27,959 bases of DNA from Octopus sinensis (taxonomy: Eukaryota): NCBI RefSeq assembly GCF_006345805.1, contig NW_021833515.1:1-27959 (forward strand). Reading direction: 5' to 3'. The first letter of the stretch is position 1, and each line of letters opens with the position of its first letter. Below are positions 1 to 12,603 of the stretch, one piece after another. A program made the position numbers and the translations under genes. The notes beneath the pieces are model-generated. The model saw only the letters and a program-made list of their open reading frames with translations, did not search any database and was not told the DNA's origin.

Positions 1-65
1 GCGAGTCTGGCAGAGCGACAAACAGGACAATTGCTGGATGGAGGATAAACTGCATCAGGCAAGGG

Positions 66-910
66 TCACTTTTGGAAAGCAGGGGTTTCAAGGGGTGTTG
101 GGGTATGACCACTTGTGGTAAAGGTGGGGTAAGTTGGCGTGGCTCTGTGGGTAGGCGGTGAGATGCTTTTCTGGTCATGGTAATTTTGAGTCGGAAGTGG
201 CATTGGTGTTGCAGCTGCATGAGGTGCTGTTAAAGTCGGTTGAGAAGGTAGTCTCATCACTGGTGTTGGCGTAGGGAACGCATGTGGTCCAGACACCATG
301 AGCAGTGGGCCATGGGGAAGAAGCAGTAGATACTTCCAGAGGAATTTTGTTGCACAGTGTGACCTGATCTGATCCATCCACTCTCAACATGTACAGATCG
401 AAATGACGTACATCTAAATGGCACCAGTTTTCCCCCCATTTGTAGGATTGGGTCAAACTTGGCTCTGGATTAGGACATAGTTCGAAAGAAGTGAGCATGT
501 GTGTTTTGACAACCGTTCAGTAGCACTCATGTTGTGTTTACGCAGGTCTTCTTTTCAATAAGTCATAGTTTCATGCCATGTGGAATGTAGCTTGTACTTG
601 CCGGGATGGATGGGAATAAAGTATTGTATAGGGCTGCCAAAGATGCACATGGCTGGGGACAAGTGTGTGTCCCAGTCAGGTGTATTTCTTTATTGTAGCA
701 TTGTGCACTGGAAACTGTCAGTGTTAAGGAAGCCATTGGTGTCAGTGTTGTCTGTAACGAGGCCCTTTATTGTCTCAATACCGACTTTGGCGCGGCAGTT
801 GTCATGGGGAAATGCAATGGCGGTGATTCTCCCAATTGTGGAAGAAGGTACAATGTCAGCTCATAGCTGATAGGGCAGTGTTAAGTGCCTGTGCGCCATT
901 TGATGCTCCT
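66..910 (-). pseudogene. Gypsy integrase C-terminal core and downstream domain, then a Pro/Thr-rich tail
   Basis: Reads [73 protein letters not shown]...DVRHFDLYMLRVDGSDQVTLCNK/FLWKY. This matches recalled AFPHSNCRAEVGVKTVKRL...LQYRNTP...LSPAMCIFGRPIRDFIP...VRVDGSGRVTLRNRKFLRKY. It explains ORFs 66..377 and 175..498. Confidence 0.85.
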
Positions 911-1223
911 TTAAGATGGTTTTCCAGACCTGTTAGGACATACCACCATTGTCTGTCACCAATTGACAGATGTACCAATGGGAATAGGCTTGATAACTTC
1001 AAGTGGAACATTCCGGTCGCGAGACCTGCTTTTACTTCCTCTTGCCAATGAACCAGGACTGGTATGGGCGTATGGTGGGCGACTGGTTTAGCATTAAGCG
1101 GATCGGTTGGTCAGACATCTTGGAGAATTGCCGATGGTTGCAGACGTTGAATGTGCTGGAGCTGTAGTATTGTAGCAGCTACTTCCTCAGGCGACAACGT
1201 TTTTCCTCAGTGGCTGGGAATGG
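911..1223 (-). pseudogene. Gypsy pol fragment: protease-RT linker and RT N-terminus
   Basis: Reads PFPATEEKRCRLRK*LLQYYSSSTFNVCNHRQFSKMSDQPIRLML / AKPVAHHTPIPVLVHWQEEVKAGL / RNVPLEVIKPIPIGTSVNW*QTMVVCPNRSGKP. This matches the recalled Gypsy motif PIPVPLHWQEEVKAGLDRDVRLGVIEPVPIGEPVTWCHRMVVCAKKNGKPRR. Confidence 0.85.
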
Positions 1224-1654
1224 TAGTGTAGTTGGAGGAGGGGGTTGTATTTGTTGTAGGTGGCAGGTGCATACATTCTGTGTCATTGTTGCAGATGATC
1301 GATGAGGCTTGTCAGTACTCTCTCCCATGGATTGTTTACAGGCCAACTCATGGCACAATCAGGTGCAGGACAGGGTACGTTGGTCATACTGACTCGCTTT
1401 TTTGTCATAAATAAGTCTGACAACTGTTTGCTTTCACCAATTTTTACGCAGTCTGAAGCAATGAGTAAAGGGTCTTCAGTATACCTGAAATGTGAAGGGA
1501 AAGATGATGGATAATAAAATGAATAATATATGGCGAATTGAATGTAATGTAATAAATTGTAATATATGTGTGTTTAGTTGTAATCCTGTAATCAGCATAG
1601 AGGAGTTGCTAGGGTCTGCCTGTATTATATTTATCTGTTATTACCTGAATGATT

Positions 1655-1834
1655 GATACCAACAAAAGTCAAGTACATAGGTTTATACTTGGTTAGGTAC
1701 TTCTCCTGGGTTTCTTACCAGAATATATCATGACTGGTGTTTCTTCCTGATACAAAACCAAATTGCATCTCATCTAGATTAAGTCTTTTCCTAATAAGTT
1801 GGGCTATGATCCTCTCCGTGATTTTCATCATCTG
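1655..1834 (-). mobile_element. RTE-clade LINE reverse transcriptase fragment
   Basis: Reads QMMKITERIIAQLIRKRLNLDEMQFGFVSGRNT..IF..QEKYLTKYKPMYLTFV. This matches RTE RT domains 1-2 (DEMQFGF.PGRSTTDAIF..RQLQEKYL.K.KPLY.AFVD). Confidence 0.8.
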
Positions 1835-2110
1835 AAGAAATTAGTGCCAGTGCAAGCACTTTATTTTTAAAGCACACATCAGGCATATGTTAACATATTA
1901 GCAATGAGAAAGCGCTCTAATCGATGTCTACCTATATACATACATATATGCAGGGTAGCCATGTACTTTCTCTACAGCGACACACCTCTGCCTGTCTCTC
2001 TATCATACTACAGGTTAGGATGAAGCCACCTCTCTCACTACTAGCAGTCCACTCATCCTTGAAATTTACTTTTTATTTTACTAGTGTCAGTGTTACCAAA
2101 ACTTTTCTCA

Positions 2111-2223
2111 GACATAGAAACCATGTGAAAACAGACATTAGATGTACGTGTAGTAATTCATCTCAGATAGTGTGAAATAGTCCAACCCATGACAACATGA
2201 AAACGAATGTTAAATGATGATGA
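2111..2223 (+). mobile_element. Degenerate 3' tail of an RTE-type LINE or SINE
   Basis: gtccaacccatgacaacatgaaaacgaatgttaaatgatgatga resembles the recalled octopus RTE 3' end GTCCAACCCATGCCAGCATGGAAAACGGACGTTAAA(TGA)n. Confidence 0.55.
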
Positions 2224-2711
2224 CACACATACACGTTAATTGTATTTCTTATTTAATTTCAATAATTAATTTGTTTCTATTTATAAATAAAAACAATTGA
2301 TTTCGCATCAGAATGATTAGTTTGATGACTTGTGGAAGCAATGTACTGTGTAAATGTAAGGACAACTGTATTTATTAAACAAGTGTATATCATGATTCGA
2401 CACAGATAAAACTTGACTTTCAAATGTTGGTTGATATTTTGCTTGTTGTTTGCATATCATGCCTTGTATTATAGATCCCAAATGGCCAAAGGTAAGTGGT
2501 CTTTCTTATTTTGTGTGGGTTTACTGTTAGGATTGGTTTTCAGAGTTTAGTCTATATTAGGGTCAGCTTGAGGATTTGTGAAGGGTTTTTAGAGAGAATA
2601 GTCAAGTAAGAGATCAAAGTTTGAACTAGAGGTTGGGATTTGGGGTGATGAGGAGAGTAGAGATTGAACAGGTTTATTTATAGTGTTGATGACTGTTTTA
2701 TATCGGGTTTA

Positions 2712-3164
2712 GCATTGAAAAGCAGGGATGGGGGCTGGGTGCTTGGATAAGATGCGGATGTCAGGTTGATCCAAGTTATCTCCATGGTGGTCTTTGGCAT
2801 GTTGGTAGAGTATAGAAGACTGTTTTCTGTCGTCAAGTTGTCTTAAATGTTCATTTATCCGTTCCGCAATGCTCTTAGACGTCTCTTCTATGTACATCAT
2901 GTTCATGTCCTTACAAGCACCTTCTATGCATCTTATATTGTAAACTACATTTCGAGTTCTACAGTTAATACCAGGGCTAATTCTACATGCCATGCAGTTA
3001 TCAATTGTGCATATGGTATTCTTAAACGGGCATGTCCTTCATAATTGTGACCTGACGGAGTTCCTTGGCTTTTCAACAATTTTAATGTTGAGTTTGGTCT
3101 CTTTCAGAGCTTTTCTAAATCTACGGGCTAGTTCTCCATGGGCTCTGGCCTCTACTAATATCAC
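2712..3164 (-). mobile_element. Penelope-like element 3' part: Cys-rich linker plus GIY-YIG endonuclease (pseudogene)
   Basis: The frame extends upstream of ORF 2709..2993: ...IKIVEKPRNSVRSQL*RTCPFKNTICTIDNCMAC...NCRTRNVVYNIRC...C...MYIEETSKSIAERINEH...SILYQH. This is the VVY-x-I-x-C / YIGET / R-x-x-EH signature with G changed to E and one in-frame stop at 3039-3041. Confidence 0.85.
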
Positions 3165-3262
3165 TCCTTGAATTTTTACTGGTGAATGTGTATTTAATAA
3201 TAAGGCACTAAAAGAGAAAGACTATCCCCAGACACAACAGAATATACACTGTTTTCGCTAAT

Positions 3263-3679
3263 TACTCTTTCACTCACTTTTGCTACTTTCAGTTATTTGA
3301 CTGCGGCCATGTTGGAGCACCGCCTTCAGTCAAAGAAATAGAGCCCAGGACCTATTCTCTTTTGCCGAACCGTTCAGTTACGGGTGCGTGAAAACAGCAG
3401 CATCGTTTGTCAAGCACTGTTCGATGGATAAAGAGGCATACAAACGTAATATGATATATATATATTATATGTATGTATTATATATGTATATAATATATAT
3501 ATATGTATACACACACGATGGGCTTCATTTAGTTTCCGTCTACGAAATCTATTCACAAGGCTTTGGTCACCCCGAGGCTAGAGTTGAAGACACTTGTCCA
3601 AGGTTCCACGCAGTGGGACTGAACCCAGAACACAGTGGTTCGTAAGCAAGCTACTTATCACAAAGCCGCTCCTACGCCT
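3263..3679 (-). mobile_element. Full-length tRNA-derived octopus-type SINE with internal TA microsatellite
   Basis: The minus strand has a head with A/B-box-like motifs (GGGTTCAGTCCCACTGCGTGG), a body, a TA-rich middle and a GGCGGTGCTCCAACATGGCCGCAGTCAAATAACTGAAA tail. Confidence 0.85.
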
Positions 3680-3683
3680 AGCA

Positions 3684-3684
<1 letters not shown>

Positions 3685-3726
<42 letters not shown>
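3685..3726. repeat. (TA)n microsatellite
   Basis: About 20 near-perfect TA units. Similar tracts occur at ~4379, 4579, 4698, 6700, 7705, 9378, 10506, 12266, 15711 and 18236. Confidence 0.95.
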
Positions 3727-3729
3727 TTA

Positions 3730-3825
3730 TCTATTTATAAAACTGAAATGCGAAAAGTTTGTTTGTTTGTTTGTCTGGAACGGTTTAAAGACCACTACAT
3801 CCCGTCGGATTGACTCCAAAATTTA
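3730..3825 (+). mobile_element. Probable 5' end of a non-autonomous Helitron
   Basis: TCtatttataaaactgaaatgcgaaaagt(ttgt)n...cggattgactccaaaattt has the TC start, AAATGCGAAA and (GTTT)n layout of Lep1-type Helitron 5' ends. No 3' hairpin with CTRR was identified. Confidence 0.45.
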
Positions 3826-3872
3826 CGGTTCGTGATCAATCATTCTCACAGAAATGCGTGCACAAACAGACA

Positions 3873-4066
3873 CAGAATGTCATGGTTTAAAGGTCAACAT
3901 GTTTAAAACATAAATAGCTACGAGTTTGCGTATATGCATGTATCTATGTGCATGAGTGCGGACGTGTTTTCAGAATGTCTCAGTTTTAAAGTCAACATAT
4001 TTAAAACATAAATAGGTACGAGATTGCGTCTTTGCATGTATCTATATTCGTGGGTGTGGACGTGTG
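3873..4066. repeat. ~98-bp direct dimer (also in units 2 and 3)
   Basis: cagaatgtc...aggtcaacatgtttaaaacataaatag...cggacgtg starts at 3873 and again, diverged, at 3971. Confidence 0.8.
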
Positions 4067-4220
4067 AGTGTTTGTGCGTGTGTGAGCACAGTCCACCTAT
4101 ACCCAAGCTGGTTGCATCGTCTCATAAGAAACAGCCGTGAAAGTTCCGGACCACATTAATGAACGCATTTGCATACAAACAATTAGGGCTCGACTTGAAC
4201 TTGTCCGGTTAACAAACAGT

Positions 4221-4375
4221 AGTGTCTGAATGGGAATTAGCTTGCTTACCTAACAAATGTTTCCGAGTTCAGTCCCACTGGGTGGCATGTTGGGCAAATG
4301 TCTTCTACTATAGTCTCGGGACGACCAAAGCCTTGTGAGTGGATTTGGGAGACGGAAACTAAAAAAAGACTGTCG

Positions 4376-4406
<31 letters not shown>

Positions 4407-4565
4407 GTAGCAGTAAGAGTGGCTATGTAGCTTGCTTTCCAAACACGGTGTTTCTGGTTCAGTCCAACTGCGTGGCCCCATGGGCAAGTGTCTTCCAATA
4501 TAGCCTCAGACAGACCAACGTTTCTGAGTAGATTTTGTACACCGAAACAGAAAGTAGCCCGTGGT
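4221..4565 (+). mobile_element. Two tandem SINE 5' halves separated by (TA)n
   Basis: The B-box gagttcagtccc / ggttcagtcc and the body gggcaa(a/g)tgtcttc...ccgaaac occur twice, each ending in (TA)n. Confidence 0.8.
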
Positions 4566-4573
4566 ATATAGAT

Positions 4574-4628
<55 letters not shown>

Positions 4629-4695
4629 GAGTAAACACATAAATGTGAAACAAGGTGGAAAAAAGAGTACTGAATTTTCTGCTGCTTAAAATAAA

Positions 4696-4770
<75 letters not shown>

Positions 4771-4869
4771 CATAGGTATATATTGATAGATATATGTATA
4801 TACATATAGATATTTAAACATATATGGGATGGCCATAATGGGACATCCGACTCACTAGAGAGAGCAGTT

Positions 4870-5050
4870 ATCTTGCTCATTATAATTTATTAAAAGTAAT
4901 ATAATTATATGTAAGGAAAGTAACTCTGGAAGATGTTATCTAGTTATCTCCCTTCCGAGAGTTAATTTCCCTTCATATTTTTTTATGTTAATTTATAATA
5001 TTCAAGAGAAGTAACTGTAGAAGATACTTTGTAGTTATCTCCCTTAAGTA
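4870..5050. repeat. Tandem palindromic box module (GGAAAGTAACTCT...AGAGTTAA, ~100-bp period); copies at ~6970-7157, 9610-9800, 14600-14800, 16450-16640, diverged at 18385-18435
   Basis: aagtaactctggaagatgttatctagttatctcccttccgagagttaat recurs in every copy and is related to the arms of the 12604-13304 foldback. Confidence 0.75.
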
Positions 5051-5086
5051 TGTAGTTATCGTAATATACACTTTGTCGCTCTTAGA

Positions 5087-5225
5087 CTATTTCAGTTATT
5101 TCACTGTGACCATGGTGGAGCACCGCCTTTAGTGAAGCAAATCAACCCCAGGAATTATTCTTTGTATGCCTATTACTTAATGCATAGGTCTCTTTTGCAG
5201 AACCGATAAGTTACGGGGACGTAAT
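5087..5225 (-). mobile_element. SINE 3' half (copies at ~7160, 9800, 14840, 16680)
   Basis: ttcagttatttcactgtgaccatggtggagcaccgcctttag...gaaccgataagttacggggacgtaa is the reverse complement of the SINE tail and body. Confidence 0.8.
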
Positions 5226-5849
5226 GTTCGATATACTGATTTAGTAGGTATTTATTTATTGTAAGAATTTCAATTATCATAAATTATGGGCTAGGAAAAA
5301 CTAGAAACTTTTTTGATATACCTATTGGGGCTCCTTGTGTGTGTGGACTGTTTTTATTTATGTGAGTGTGGGTATTTTAATTTCAGTGTTTGTGTGTGAG
5401 AGTGTTTTTATTTCTGCATGCGCGAGTGTGTGAGCGACTGAGTGTTTCTATTTGTTTGTGTGTGTGCGACACTTACAACTACAACAAACACTTTGACCAT
5501 TTGTAAGATACCCACATTTGAGATCACTAAATACTAAATCAAAATAAGTTTAATTTATTGCACATTTATATATATACACCACACACACACACACAACACA
5601 TGTATGTGTTTGTGTATTTATATGTCGTATATTGCGTCGTATATATATATATTTATATATATTATATATACACACCGTATATGTAGTATCTAAAAAAAAA
5701 AGAAACTGTAAGGGATGGAATGGGAGTTATTTCCGTTTTATTAAGAAAACTTGCATCTGTATGTGTGATAGTACGTGCGTGCGTGCATTCTCGTGTGCCC
5801 TTCGAGTGCAAACACACACACACACACACACACCACATTTAAATATATG

Positions 5850-6170
5850 TACGACGAGATTCTGTCAGTTTTGTTCCACTAAATCCCATCACAAGGATTA
5901 GCTAGGCCCTGGGCTACAATAGTAGACAATTGCAGAAGATGACAGGCAGTCGGAATGAACCCGAAACCATGTGGTTCGTAAGCAAACTACTTACAACATA
6001 GCCATTCATACGTCGATATTCATGTATACGACGGCTATTTCAGTTTCCCTCTACAAACTCCACTCAGAAAACATTGGTCGGCCCTAGGCTATAGTCGAAT
6101 ACACTTGCTAAAGGTGCAACGCTGTTGGTTTGAACTCAGCACATTGCGGTTCGTGAGCAATCATTCTCGC
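5850..6170 (-). mobile_element. Two tandem, diverged SINE 5' halves (copy at ~7950-8265)
   Basis: Reverse-complement heads gaacccgaaaccatgtggttcgtaagcaaactactta and gaactcagcacattgcggttcgtgagcaa. Confidence 0.7.
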
Positions 6171-7703
6171 TGAAATGCGCGCACAAACAGACACAGAATG
6201 TCACGGTTTAAAGGTCAACATGTTTAAAACATAAATAGCTACGAGTTTGCGTATATGGATGTATCTTTGTGCCTGGGTGCGGACGTGTGTTTCCAGAATG
6301 TCTCAGTTTTAAGGTCAACATATTTAAAACATAAATAGGTACGAGATTGCGTCTTTGCATGTATCTATATTCGTGGGTGTGGACGTGTGAGAGTTTGTGC
6401 GTGTGTGAGCACAGTCCACCTATACCCAAGCTGGTTGCATTGTCTCATAAGAACCAGCCATGAAAGTTCCGGACCACATTAATGAACTCATTTGCATACA
6501 AACAATTAGGTCTCGCCTTGAACTTGTCCGGTTAACAAACAGTAGTGTCTGAATGGGAATTAGCTTGCTTACCTAACAAATGTTTCCGTGTTCAGTCCCA
6601 CTGGGTGGCATGTTGGGCAAATGTCTTCTACTATAGTCTCGGGACGATCAAAGCCTTGTGAGTGGATTTGGGAGACGGAAACTAAAAGAAGACTGTCGTA
6701 TGTATATATATATATATATATATATGTAGCAGTAAGAGTGGCTATGTAGCTTGCTTTCCAAACACGGTGTTTCTGGTTCTGTCCAACTATGTGGCCCCAT
6801 GGGCAAGTGTCTTCCAATATAGCCTCGGACAGACCAACGTTTCTGAGTAGATTTGGTACACCGAAACAGAAAGTAGCCCGTGGTATATAGATAGGTGTGT
6901 GTATATATATATATATATATATATGTATCTGTATATATATATATATTGCCATGTCTGAATAATATATTCGAAAGTTACTTCCTCTTGCTCATTATAATTT
7001 ATTAAAAGTAATATAATTGTATGTAAGGAAAGTAACTCTGGAAGATGTTATGTAGTTATCTCCCTTCCGCGAGTTAATCTCCCTTCATATTTTTTATTGT
7101 TAAATTATAATATTCAAGGGAAGTAACTGTAGAAGATACTTTGTAATTATCTCCCTTAGACTGTTTCAGTTATTTCACTGTGACCATTGTGGAGCACTGC
7201 CTTTAGTGAAGCAAATCAACCCCAGGAATTATTCTTTGTATGCCTATTACTTAATGTATAGGTCTCTTTTGCAGAACCGATAAGTTACGGGGACGTAATG
7301 TTCGATATACTGATTTAGTAGGTATTTATTCATTGTAAGAATTTCAATTATCATAAATTATGGGCTAGGAAAAACTAGAAACTTTTTTGATATACCTATT
7401 GGGGCTCCCTGTGTGTGTGGGACTGTTTTTATTTATATGAGTGTGGGTATTTTCATTTCAGTGTTTGTGTGTGAGAGTGTTTTTATTTCTGCGTGCGCGA
7501 GTGTGTGAGCGACTGAGTGTTTCTATTTGTTTGTGTGTGTGCGACACTTACAACTACAACAAACACTTTGACCATTTGTAAGATACCTACATTTGAGATC
7601 ACTAAATACTAAATCAATTATTGCACATTTATATATATACACGCACACACACACACACACACATATGTATGTGTTTGTGTATTTATATGTCGTATATTGC
7701 GTC

Positions 7704-7756
<53 letters not shown>

Positions 7757-8241
7757 CAGATATACGTGAATATACCAACACACATATATGTAGTATCTAA
7801 AACAAAAAAGAAACTGTAAGGTATGGAATGGGAGTTCTTTCCGTTTTATTAAGAAAACTTGCATCTGTATGTGTGATAGTACGTGTGTCCGTGCATTCTC
7901 GTGTGCCCTTCGAGTGCAAACAAACACACACACACACACACACATTTAAACATATGTACGACGAGATTCTGTCAGTTTTCTTCCACTAAATCCCATCACA
8001 AGGATTAGCTAGGCCCTGGGCAATTGCAGAAGATGACAGGCAGTGGGAATGAACCCGAAACCATGTGGTTCGTAAGCAAACTACTTAGAACATAGCCATT
8101 CACACGTCGATATTCATGTATACGACGGCTTCTTTCAGTTTCCCTCTACAAACTCCACTCAGAATACATTGGTCGGCCCTAGGCTATAGTCGAATACACT
8201 TGCCGAAGGTGCAACGCTGTTGGTTTGAACTCAGCACATTG
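6147..8241. repeat. Macro-tandem duplication unit 2 (~2.10 kb)
   Basis: Collinear, high-identity copy of unit 1. It lacks the (GA)n block and carries a 38-bp deletion at ~7157. Confidence 0.9.
6544..6882 (+). mobile_element. Two tandem SINE 5' halves (unit 2 copy)
   Basis: Near-identical to 4221-4565. Confidence 0.8.
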
Positions 8242-10400
<2,159 letters not shown>

Positions 10401-10550
10401 CCCTGTATTTCAGCGGCTCGGCAGAAAAGAATAAGTTAGAATAAATACTAGGCTTAGAAAGAATAAGTGCTGCTGCTGACGATGTGCTCGAAGAAGATAG
10501 ATTGGTATATATATATATATATATATTTATAAAGATATATCAGATATATA

Positions 10551-12265
10551 TAAACTTAGATATGTTTCGACCAAAGATTGGTCCAGGCCATGTCTAACTT
10601 AATAGCACCACCTGATAGGATTATTCGAATCCTGTTTAAGTCAAGTTTTGTTCAAGTAGTGAGTTCTTGTTGGGTGAGTTGTATCCAGTTTTGTTCAAGT
10701 AGTGAGTTCTTGTTGGGTGAGTTGTATCCAGTTTTGTTCAAGTAGTGAGTTCTTGTTGGGTGACTTGTATCCAATTATGGGTGGCTTATCTGGTATTCTT
10801 TGAAGGAATCTATCCAGACTCTGTTTAAAGTTGATGGGATCCTTTTCCTCTTTGATCTCTCTCGGGACTGTTAAATAGGGCAGGGCCATTTGAGGAAAAG
10901 AAATTATGTTGCAGTGTACATGTATGTTGTGATCTTGAATTGGGCAGGGGACGTATAGCCCGTGGTCCAAGTCTTGGATGAACCTTGAAGCTAATGTTTA
11001 GGTCGTTTGGGCATAATTGGCGGTATATTTTCCACATCGTACAAATGATGTACCGCTCACGCTGGAGGGAGTAAAGTTTCAAGGCTTTAAGGCAATCCCA
11101 ATAATCGAGAGCAGCCATGCCTTCAATTCGTTTAGTGAGTGCCCTCTGGGGTGACTCAATTCTGGAGATGTTTAGTCTTGTTTGAGGAGACCACAGTGGG
11201 CAGCAGTATTCAAGGTGTGGCCGTACAAAGGAGGAAAAAAGTGGTATGATGACACCTTGTTCTCTGGACCGGAAAGTTCTTAAGATCCAGGAACTCATCC
11301 TACGAGCTATATCGACCTTCTTGTTGATGTGTGCACTCCAACTGTGATGGTCATCAACAATTACACCCAGTTCTCTGATATTGTTAGAGGCTGTGAGCGG
11401 TTCCCCTGAAGGAAGAGAGTATGGCTGTTTTAGTGAGGAGTTTCTTCCAAAATGCATCAGCTCAAATTTCCCCTCGTTTAGTTGTATTTTGTTTCTGTTT
11501 GCCCATTGACTCACAGCATATAGATCAGACTGGAGTTGAGTTCGGTCTGCTTCTTCATTGACGATTTACTGGAGCTTGGTGTCATCAGCAAATATTTTCA
11601 CTTTGCAGTAATGTACGACACTGGAAAGGTCGTTTATGTAGATTATGAAGAGTAGCGGACCCAAGACAGTCCCCTGGGGGTCACCGCTGGTGGTGACTTT
11701 TGCTGGGCTTGAGTGGACTCCATCAACTACAACATGTTGTGTTGTATTCGCCAGGAAATACTTGATCCAGTGTAGAACTTCAATGTGGTGTAAGAGCTGT
11801 GTTAGACAGTCCCTGCCACAGCGAAAGCCATGCTGTTTTGCATTTAGGAGTTTGTGGGTCTCCAGGAAGTCAGCCATCCTTGATCTTAACACTCTTTGAA
11901 ACACTTTGATGATGTGGGAGGTGAGTGAGATTGGGCGATAGTTGAGTGCGAGGGATCTGTTTCCCTGTTTGAAAACCGGGATGACTGACTGGGATAGAAA
12001 CTGTTTTGGTATATAACCTGCATCTAACGAATTTCTCCAGAGGTTGGTCAGTGGGACTGCAAGTTGGTGTTTACATTCCTTCAGGAGACTAACGGGGAAT
12101 CCTATCAGGGCCTACAGCAGAGTAGTATTTGACCTCATTTATTGCTGCTACGATGTCAGTGGGAGTGAAGGTTATGTCTGCAATTTTGTGTTGGAAGTCA
12201 ACTTCGTTCGCTTCTCTTACGTCAATATCAGTGGGAACACTAAAGACAGCAGTATTGTTTCTGCA
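10551..12265 (-). mobile_element. 5'-truncated CR1-group LINE (ORF2 RT and C-terminus, pseudogenised) with 3' UTR
   Basis: Reads GPDRIP/..LLKEC..LAVPL...NYRPISLTSHIIKVFQRV...QHGFR.GRDCLTQLL...SGDPQGTVLGPLLFIIYINDL...FADDTKL*...VRPHLEYCCPLWSP...IESPQRALTKRI...LYSLQRERY. Disablements: frameshift ~12090, deletion in RT ~11775, stop 11566-11568, frameshift ~10865. Confidence 0.92.
10644..10772. repeat. 43-bp unit x3 at the end of LINE ORF2
   Basis: agttttgttcaagtagtgagttcttgttgggtga(g/c)ttgtatcc starts at 10644, 10687 and 10730. Confidence 0.95.
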
Positions 12266-12324
12266 ATATATATATATATATAGAGAGAAACATGTATATA
12301 CATATAGATATTTATATATATGTA

Positions 12325-12530
12325 TATGTGTGTATGTTTCGGTGTCCCCAAAACCGCTTGACAACCAATGCCGGTGTTTTTTACACTCCATTAACTTATC
12401 CGTTCGGGAAAAGAAGACCAACAGAATAAATACTAGACTGACGTAGATAAAAGTCCTAGTGTCGATTAGCTCTAGAAAAGGCTGTGCTCTAGCAGTGGCA
12501 CATTGAAATGACTAAACAAGGAAAAGAGTA
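12325..12530 (+). mobile_element. SINE 3' half, paralogous to ~16275-16420
   Basis: tatgtttcggtgtccccaaaaccgcttgacaacc...aagtcctagtgtcgattagctctagaaaag...gaaatgactaaacaaggaaaagag. Confidence 0.75.
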
Positions 12531-12603
12531 AAAGTGTATGCGGTACATATGAACACTATATTGTAGAGTTAATTAGCTTCCATAATACATTTTGATAATA
12601 GTC

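Larger units (their letters stand above)
1..1450 (-). mobile_element. Degenerate, internally deleted Ty3/Gypsy LTR retrotransposon (gag start, RT N-terminus, integrase C-terminus); continues left of the window
   Basis: Manual minus-strand translation gives a gag-like start MTNVPCPAPDC at 1387, PFPATEE...YYSSSTFNVC...KPVAHHTPIPVLVHWQEEVKAGL at 1223-911, and an integrase tail at 910-330. There are many stops and frameshifts. LTRs were not identified. Confidence 0.85.
3826..6146. repeat. Macro-tandem duplication unit 1 (~2.32 kb)
   Basis: The anchor cggttcgtga(t/g)caatcattctc recurs at 3826, 6147 and 8242. The unit contains a ~98-bp dimer, SINE halves, the box module and TG-rich DNA. Confidence 0.9.

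Noticed and set aside
1475-1510. Strong minus-strand splice acceptor (cccttcacatttcAG) upstream of the Gypsy gag start
   Set aside because: The downstream frames are riddled with stops and are retroelement-derived, and there is no matching donor or exon evidence.
2295-2315. CTGATGCGAAA on the minus strand downstream of the Penelope fragment, suggesting a pLTR hammerhead ribozyme
   Set aside because: The core lacks the A of CUGAUGA, there is no stem II, and stems I and III do not pair convincingly.
2515-2700. G/T-biased stretch resembling decayed telomere repeats
   Set aside because: It contains only one TTAGGG and no periodicity.
4172-4192. catacaaacaa-TTAGGG-ctcg, an 11-bp match to the 34-mer with a telomere hexamer, as a possible satellite source
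   Set aside because: A single 11-mer match in this much AT-rich sequence is plausible by chance, and the rest of the monomer does not align.
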